A stretch of 64,000 bases of DNA from Candidatus Obscuribacteraceae bacterium. GTDB lineage: Bacteria > Cyanobacteriota > Vampirovibrionia > Obscuribacterales > Obscuribacteraceae. The DNA lies in contig JBGAHS010000009.1 of assembly GCA_044226015.1 (NCBI GenBank), positions 96,001 through 160,000 of the forward strand, read 5' to 3'. The notes beneath the pieces were generated by a model. It searched no databases and had not been told where the DNA came from. It worked only from the letters and a program-made list of their open reading frames with translations. Both the position numbers and the translations under genes were made by a program. This document shows positions 38,901 to 47,900 of the stretch, one piece after another. Each line of letters opens with the position of its first letter. The first letter of the stretch is position 1.

Positions 38901-41900
38901 CTTGTGGGCGATATTACGACACAAGCCACGGGTTCTGATGGTGTGGGTGGTTCTGTAGGAATAGCTAGCTTGGGATTGGTCCAACTAGGTAATGTTGATA
39001 CAAATAACACGTCGAAGATTGCGAATCCAGGCGCTCAGGGTGGTTCTGTATTCATATCTTCCGGCGTTAGTTCGATTGACGCTAAACACATCAGTGTATA
39101 CAACCCAAGCAATGGCTCGGCGAGTGGTCAAGCTATATTGATTTCTCCTGGTTTAATTAACACATTCAGTATCACGACTGAACCTGGTGAGCTTGGGTTC
39201 TATCCGTTATATTCACCCAGCACTACTTCAATAAATTCATCTATGACCATAGACACCTCAGTTTCTGGAATAGCTGGAGTGTCGTCGAACTATAATCCGC
39301 AGGGGTACACATCGATAAGCGGTGTCGGCACCCAATTGACGATTAACAGTGGCGGTAATTCTTCCTTACTTGTGCCGCTTCTAGCCCTGGGCGCTGTTTC
39401 AATTGACTCAATCAAGTCAAACTCCGGAACAAATGCTGATGGAATAAGCCTGGTTGCTTTGGGTGATATCACTCTTAATGGCAGCAACAGTCTCAGTTCA
39501 GCGGGTAGTGTTAGCGGTGGCAACGCGAGCCTGCTCTCCGTAACGGGGCAGATAACAGCGAATGCACTAGTCACCAGTAGCAGTGGCGTAGCATCGTCTG
39601 GTGCTTTGAGCTTGCTGGCTAAAGGTGCTATTAGTGTTGGGAATCTCAACACTTCGAACTCGAGCACTGGTGCCGGCGGGGCTGTATCTCTTGTGTCTGG
39701 CTACGGCGCCGTCAGTTCGGGCAAAATAGACTCGTTCTCCACTGCTGGTTCTAATCTGGCTGGTGATGTAAGCATAGCGGCCTACGGCAGCATCACTACT
39801 GGTGGTGGCTCTATAGCGACCTACAACACCGGGAAGGGCGCAGGCGGTGCTGTGATGCTCACATCCGCTACCGATTCTGTCAGCACTGGCGGCATCAGTA
39901 CATATGCAAGCGGAGCCGCATCTGCTGGCAGTATTAACATAGCCGCCTACGGCGATGTCGATACTCAGGCTAAATCCTTATCGGCTTTCAATAACGGTAC
40001 CGGACGGGGTGGCGCCGTGTTGCTGGCATCGAGCACTGGCTCTGTGAGTTCGGGCAGTATCGAGACTTATGTCGATGGTGGGGCTCAAGCAGCCGGCGAC
40101 GTAACTATTTCGGCTTACCTCAATATAGATACGAACAAGCTATCTATTGATGCCCACAACAATGGAACTGGCACAGGCAGTGCCGTGAATATTCTTTCCA
40201 GTACTGGAAAGGTTACAACAGGTTCAATTAATGTGAGTGTAAGCCAGAGTTCTCTTGCTGGTGGCAACGTAAATATAGAAGCCTTTGATGTTATCGATAC
40301 AAGCGCTGGCACTATTACTGCAAACAATGGTGGGGCGCGCCCGCTTGATGCCGGGGTTACTCTGACATCTAGCAGTAGTTCTGTCACCGTCGGAAGCATA
40401 GACATCAGCGTCACAGGCGGTGCAGCCATTGCCGGTGATGTAATCATTTCCGCTGAAGGTTCTATCAAAGCAAACAGCAAGATTGATGCTTCTAATCTCG
40501 GAACCGGTGATGCGGGTAAAATCAATATCGAGTCAATCAATGGACTCGTTTCACTTGACCAAATTGACAGCTCTGTGAACAGCGCGTCTGCCTCAGGCGG
40601 TGTAGTTAGCGTGTCAGCTCACGGCTCAATCACAGCTGCTGGAACCATCAACACTTCAAATGCTGGCAGTGGGCTAGCTGGCGGTGGTTCCGCTGGAGAG
40701 CTGATACTTATTTCTGGTACGGATGATGTTACAACAGCTGGCATCAACAGTTCTGTTGGCGGAAACTCAGCTCTCTCTGGAAGTGTAACCATTCTTGCTG
40801 ATAAATCTATCACTGTGGGTGGTGCAATCAATTCATCAAATTCTGGTTCTGGTGCAGGCGGCACTGTTGCCCTAACGGCTGGGAAAGGCTCTGTCCAGCT
40901 GAACGATGTCGTAGTTTCTAGTGCAGGATTTATGGCCGGTAACATCCTTGTGACGGCTCCAGGCGCAGTTTCGAGCGGAAAGCTGGACACTAGCAATACG
41001 GGCACTGGCTTAGCCGGTTCAGTTGCAATTGTAAGTGCCGACAAAATTAGTACCGGCAAAATCACTAGTACGGGAACGCCGTCTGGTTCTGTGTTTTTGA
41101 GCAGCGCCTTCTCTGGTAGTGGCGCAATAGTCACTGGGGCTATATCGGCAGAAACACTTCTGGCAACAGCCGCAACAAGTGGTAGCGTGACTGTGCAGCC
41201 ATTCTCTTCGGGTCAGTCATTATCCGTTGACGGCGGAGACATTCATGCAAGCGGTAAGTATTCCGATCCTATAGTAATATTTCCTCTCAATTTTGACATT
41301 CAAATTAAAGCTACGCTAACTCCGGCTTCGATTCCTGGAGGCGGATTCGCATCTTTTAGCAACACCGGTACACTGACACTGGCAAATGATTCAGGCAGCA
41401 GTGGTAGTGTCATCAGTTTCGCTAACCTACTGCCAGTGTTCGTCCAAGGTAGCGTTAGCTCCTTCGGTAAGATAAATGACAGCATCGGAAACGCCAATTT
41501 CTTTGTGGTGTCACCAACCGTATCAGTAACTAGTGCCACCTCGTACTCAAGTTCCAGAGGAAGTTTGAGTATTCTCGCTAACCAGATGAATCTGGCTGAT
41601 GTCCACACAAGCGGTGTCAATCTCCAGCTTACTGCTGTTCAAGATATGAACACTGGCTCAGTCAACACAATTAACTCTCTTGGTACCTTGTCCGGAAATG
41701 TGTCGCTGCTGTCAGTAACAGGTTCTGTAAATACGAACGCTATTCAAATGTTCGTAAGCAGCGGAGCTGCTTCAGCCGGTAATTTGGTCGTTTCGGCTTA
41801 TGGTAACTTCAATACGAACAAGCAAATTATCAATGTCTCAAACGCAGGAACAGGAGCGGGTGGTGCCGTCAACATTGTCACAACCGGCACAGGTTCAGTC

Positions 41901-44900
41901 GAAACCGGGTTGATTAACACGAGTGTGACTAACTCCGCTTCCAGGGCTCCGGCTGGAAATTTGACAGTTCTTGCTGCTGCTGCAATTGATACGAATCTAC
42001 AAAAAATTGACACATCCAACAGTGGTAGCGGTGCCGGTGGCACTGTTAACCTGACTTCAAATACTTTCTCCGTAAATACAGGTGAGATCAACACTCACGT
42101 CGACAGTGGTTCTTTATCCGCTGGAAACGTAATTCTCACTGCATACGAGTTCATCAACACAGGCGACATTAACGCCTATCATGGCGCGGCAGGCTCTGGT
42201 GGTTCTGTCACTCTCATGAGAGCTGCAGCCATGACTACAGGCAATGTCAACACTTCAAGCGTTGGCTATGTCGGCGGTGCTATCACAGCTGGTTCGGCCG
42301 GCGACAATGGCATTTACTCTCTAGCCATGGGAAATCTGAATACCTCCGGCTCTCTAGCTGGCGGAGCTGTACTCGTCGTCTCTGACGATTTCGGCGAGAA
42401 ACCGCTGCTGGTAGGTACCATCACGACTAGCGCATCTTCCGCTTCCGGTATAGGTGGAGCCGTCGGTATTGCAGCCTTAGGCGCGTTGGCTGTGGGGAAC
42501 ATAAACACGACTAACACCGCGCTCTCGGCTTCTGGTGCCGCACAATCTGGTTCCGTATTCCTTTCATCAGGGCTCGCTAACACTAACTCAATTTCTGCAG
42601 GCAGCATTAATGCCTACAACGCAAATGGCTCTTCCTCTGGTCAGGTTATTCTGGTTGCCTCTGGAACCATAACCACCTTTGGTTCTATAACAACCTCTGC
42701 AGGCGTGATTCTGCCGCAGGTTTTTACATCTAATGCGCTGAGCGGAACTCAGGCATCAGTTACTCCTAACTACTCTAGCGACAAGATATCGATAAGTTCG
42801 AGTACAACTGTAGATGTTTCCGTAACCGGAATTTCTAATGCAAGTTCGAACTTCAACCCGCAAGGCTACGCTGCTCTGAGCGGTGCTGATACAGAGTTGA
42901 CAGTCAATACTGGCGGGAATTCATCATTGCTTGCTCCGTTGATCTTTACTGCCTATGTTCCAATGTCAATCAAATCTATAAAGGCGGCAAATAGCTCTGC
43001 AGCTGATGCTATCTCCTTGCTTGTGTTTGGTAACCTGACGCTTAGTGATGGCATTCAAGCGGCGGGCACTGTTAGTGGTGGCAACGTAAGTGTGGTCTCA
43101 TCTGCCGGGCAAATTTCTGCTAACAAGATTGATACCCATAGCGATGGCTCTGGTGCTGCAGGCAGTGTCAACATTGCTGCACTTCTGGGAGTTCCCGTCA
43201 GTGGAGCCATAAGTTCTTACAATAAGGGAACCGGTGCTGGTGGAGCGGTATCTCTAATTTCTACCAACAATTCTGTTTCCACTGGCAACATTGAGACTTA
43301 TGCACTTAATTCGTCGGCAGGGGCCGGAAATATTGTGCTGTCATCATACGGGGCGCTAAGTACAGGAGACCTAAACACTTCAAATGGTGGTACTGGCTCT
43401 GGCGGAAGTGTTTTCCTCACTTCGAGCAACAGCTCTGTCAGTACTGGTGCCATCGACACTCGTGTATCGGGAGCATCTGCTTCCGCAGGTTATCTGCTCA
43501 TATCTGCCCACGGAGACATAGACACAGGAAAGGTCCAAACCTATAATTCTGTCGGCACCGGTGTCGGTGGTTCTGTTGGCTTATTCTCCACAGCACAAAA
43601 CAGCTTTGTTACGACAGGAGATATCGCGACCTTTCTCAGTCTCGGTTCTGCTGCGGTCGGTAATGTGACTGTGTCCTCTCTTGGTGCAATCGTCGTTGCA
43701 GGCAACATCAGCGGTGGCATTGTCAATTTGAATGCCGGGGAAAAAATTTCTGTAAATGCTGGGGCGACTGTCACAAATACGACAGGCGATCTGTTGATTG
43801 AAACCACCGAGTTGGATAACGATGGCGCTATCGACTCTAGCGGAAAAATCTGGGTGTTCACACAGCCAGGCGCTGATCTCACCATCAGTGGTACTGGCAC
43901 TATGAGCGCGTCTGCAACAGCCTTCGGTCTCAGCCCTGTTGGCGGTGGAACAGTCACAAATAGGAATTTGTTTGTAACTGGCAATCAGTCAATCACTGGT
44001 GAGCTTGGAATTTTTAGTTCAGCAAGTGGAACTTCAGGCGTAATCAGTTTGAGTACAGGTAGTAGTTTGAGTTCAAGCACCGGTATTAATATCGATACTC
44101 CGACCCTTCTCAACTCTGGTACCTTGACGGCGAGCGGCACTATCACAGTTCCTGGTGTCACGCCGAATCCCGGACCGGTAGGTATTTTTGCGCAAAATCA
44201 ACGAGCTTCGGCTGGTATCACTATAGATGGCACAGGTGGTGTATGGAATGCACTCGCTGGAGGCACCTACATTCAAGCGCTTTACCCGAATGGCATAGTT
44301 CTGACAGGCGACCAGACTTTTAATGGACCGCTTACTCTAAACGATCTCAGCAACGATGGTTTTGTTGTTGGAGCTGGCTCGACAATAAGTCTCAGCAGCC
44401 CCACTACAATAAATGCTCCGAGGGCTGTTATTAACGGTACTGTCAATTTTAATGCCGGCGGTACGATTAACAGTGTTGGCGACATAACTGGGTCGGGCTT
44501 GATTACTGCTGCGGCTGGTATTCTAACTCTCCATACTTCCGGCGGAAACATCGGAAGCAGTGTGACACCACTTGCGGTGAGTAGCGGTGCTAGCGGCGTG
44601 AAGAATCTTTATCTGGATGTCATCGCCACAGCAGGCACACCCAATAATGGAAATGTATGGTTAATTGATAATGACAGCGACCCCGCACCGGTTGGAAACC
44701 CTGCTGTATTCCTGAATGCTGTTAGCGGAAGCAATGAAGGGCTTTCTTCTAGCGGAAACTTCTCCTTCACTGCAACTGCTGGTTCGATTGGAATACACCC
44801 GACCCAGGTAATTGCAAGCAGCTCAGTTACGCTCGTGGCGCAGCGAAGTATCATTCAGAAGCACGGTGAGTCTATTACGGCTCCTGTCATTAACATGACT

Positions 44901-47900
44901 GCAGTCGCTGGCAATATTGGTTTGAGTGAAACGTCCCCGACAATAGTTAGCAGCGGCTCTAGTTCGAAGACCCAGTTGCAACTGACAGTAAACGCGACGG
45001 CAAATACAAATGGCAATGGAAACATCTGGATCAGCGACGCTGATCAAGACGTAGTATGGGGCGTGCCAGTGCCTGCACTCGCGTTGAAATCGGCTGCAGC
45101 AGGCAGCGGAACACCAATTGATGCTACTACAGGCAACATTCAGATCACAACCATAGCTGGTGGCATCTCAGTTGCTGGTGCAACAAAGGCTAGCAATGTC
45201 ATAAGTTTTAATTCTAACAGCAGCATTCTGCAGACAGGAGTAGGAAGCCTGGCAGCACCAAGCATCAATCTGAAGTCAAATATAGGAAATATCGGTTCCA
45301 GCAGCACACCATTATCGGTGAGCAGTGGTAATAGTGGCAGCAAGCAACTAAACCTGAGTGCCATTGCCGCAGCCAATACGATTGGAAATGGAAACGTCTG
45401 GTTAACTGATTCCGATTTAGATGTTGGACCTCTGTCACCAGCTGTGCTCTTGTATGGAGTTGCTGGAAACGGTTCGTCACCTGCTGTCGATAGCGGTACA
45501 TTCTCTATGACTAACACAGGTGGGTCGATTGGCATTCATCCGACGACATTGACTGCAAGCAAGCAGATTGTCCTGACTGCGCAGGAAAACGTGGTGCAAT
45601 TGCATGGTGAAGTTATTAGTGCACCAGTCATCAGTCTAACTGCCACTAAGGGAAACATCGGGCTAGATACCATTCCATTTATTGTGAGCAGTGGTGCTAG
45701 CGGAAGTACCCAATTGCAATTGACAATGAGTGCCCCAAACAATGCCAGTGGTCGGGGAAATATCTTTGTCACTGACGCTGACAGTGATTTGCTTTCCGGA
45801 GCAGCTGCTGTGATGCTGGGTTCTGTGACAGCTGGTTCTGGTTCACCTGTTGACGGAACAACTGGTCGTGTTGTATTTTCGACCAGCGCAGGAAGTATTG
45901 CATTCAACGGCACAAGCATTGCAACATCAAGCATTACTTTCAATGCAAACGCCAATATAGTACAAGCATCGGGCGGAAGTCTGAGCAGCCCGGCTATGGC
46001 ATTCACTGCCACCACGGGGAATATCGGGTCAAGTCCGGTGCCTGTATCTACCAATGCGTCAGTCCTCTCTGCAAATGCTTTTGCTAACGTTTATCTCAAG
46101 GCATCAAGCGCTAGTTTGACGTTGAATGCATCATCGGGAAATACCTTCGTTCTCAGCACTACAGCTAATAATGGTGTGGCAACCATCAATGGCATCAATG
46201 CCAACAATGTTATTCTGCAAGCTCAGGGAGCAATAAACAGTGGCTTCGTTCTTGATGGCACTATTGGCGGACAACTCAGTACCAATGCCGTTTCGGTCGT
46301 TATCGCTGCTGCTGGAAGTGGTGATATTAGCAACCCAAACAGTAAAGGCAGCATTAATACTGGCTCTTTAGTGCTGAGTTCTGGCACTGGCACAATCGGC
46401 TTGAACTTGACGCCGATTATCACTACTGCGGCTGTAGTGACGGCTAACACTGGTGCCAGCGGGGCACAGCAGGGAGTTTTCATTACAGACAACAATCCGA
46501 ACAGTGTAAGCATTCAGACTTCTTCTTCAGGAAGCTGGTTCGATGTGATTGCTTACAATGACATAACAGTCGATGGCTCGATAAGTGCTGGCAGTGCTTC
46601 TGGAAATGGAAGTCTGGTGCTTCTGCCCAATGGCAATATCACGCTTAATGCCTCTCTGATATCCAACAATCCGAATACGACTGTTAATGGAATTGTTATT
46701 CAGACACCAACTTTTGGCACCATAACTCAGACTAAGGGAACTATAAACACTGCGGGTTCAGTTGTTGTAATCGACGGTGGTTTTGGTGATATAGGTAGTG
46801 CTGCTCACCCGATTAGCGTTAGCGCAGCAACTCCACAAGTTTTATTGAATTTTGCTACCGCTGGTAATGCGTATGTGAGTAGTCCAAACAGTATGCGGGT
46901 CTTTGACGCAATAGGAAACGATATTGAGATTACTGCAGTAAACAGTGTGACGATTGCTGGATTGACCACCGTCAACAATCTTACTGTACGCACCCTTAAT
47001 GGTGGCAATGTGGTCTTCGATGGTGGTTCGCTAGCGTTGTTCGCCGGAGGCAACGCCAGTAGTTGCACGGTGAATGTTAATGGTAAAGCTACTATTTCAA
47101 CAATCAACAATTTTACGTTGACGGCAAACTCATTGAATTTAGTTTCGCAAAATGGCTATATAGGTAGCAGTGCTCAGCCCATTGAAACGACCGCGGCAGC
47201 GATATCAGTGTCGAGTCTTGGGAAGGTGTATATCAACGATAGCAACACTAAGGTCAGTCTTGGCAGCATTTCAGCTTCTGATTTCAAACTGACTTCAAAT
47301 AACATCTCAGCATTGCAATCAATAAATGTTGGCGGAGTGCTTACGTTAATTGCTAATAGCGGTAACTTGACCTATTCAGGTAGTACAAGCAATGTGCTGG
47401 ATCTGAGAGCTCCTGCCGGGACGATCAATCTTCCCTCAGCACAATTGTCCGTCATCCCCAATTCAACAAGCGGGGCGGGTGGAACCATAAACGTTGTTGC
47501 TGCCAACCTCGTGTACCCCGGTTCAAGCTCTTTCTCGCCTCTCCAGGTAAGTGCTCAAGGTGTTGGCACCGGAGATGGTGGAAGTATCAGTATCCAATTT
47601 AACTCTCAGAAGGCACTTATGATCGGCAGCGGAGTCTCCGGTAAGAATCCACCACCAACGCAGGTGATGGCTCTGGATGCTCGCAGTGGTCTCGTGGCTG
47701 GTAATGGTGGCATAGTCAGTGTCACTACAGGCGGTGACCTGACCGTAGCACCCGATTATCTATCAACAGCGCCCAGCTCTGGAAACGGCGCCAACATCAC
47801 TTTGATTGCAGGGAAGAATCTCCTGGTCAATGGTCCCCTGAATGCTAATGCAGCAGTTAGCGGAAACGGTGGCAATATCACCTTAGCTTCCAACAGCTCG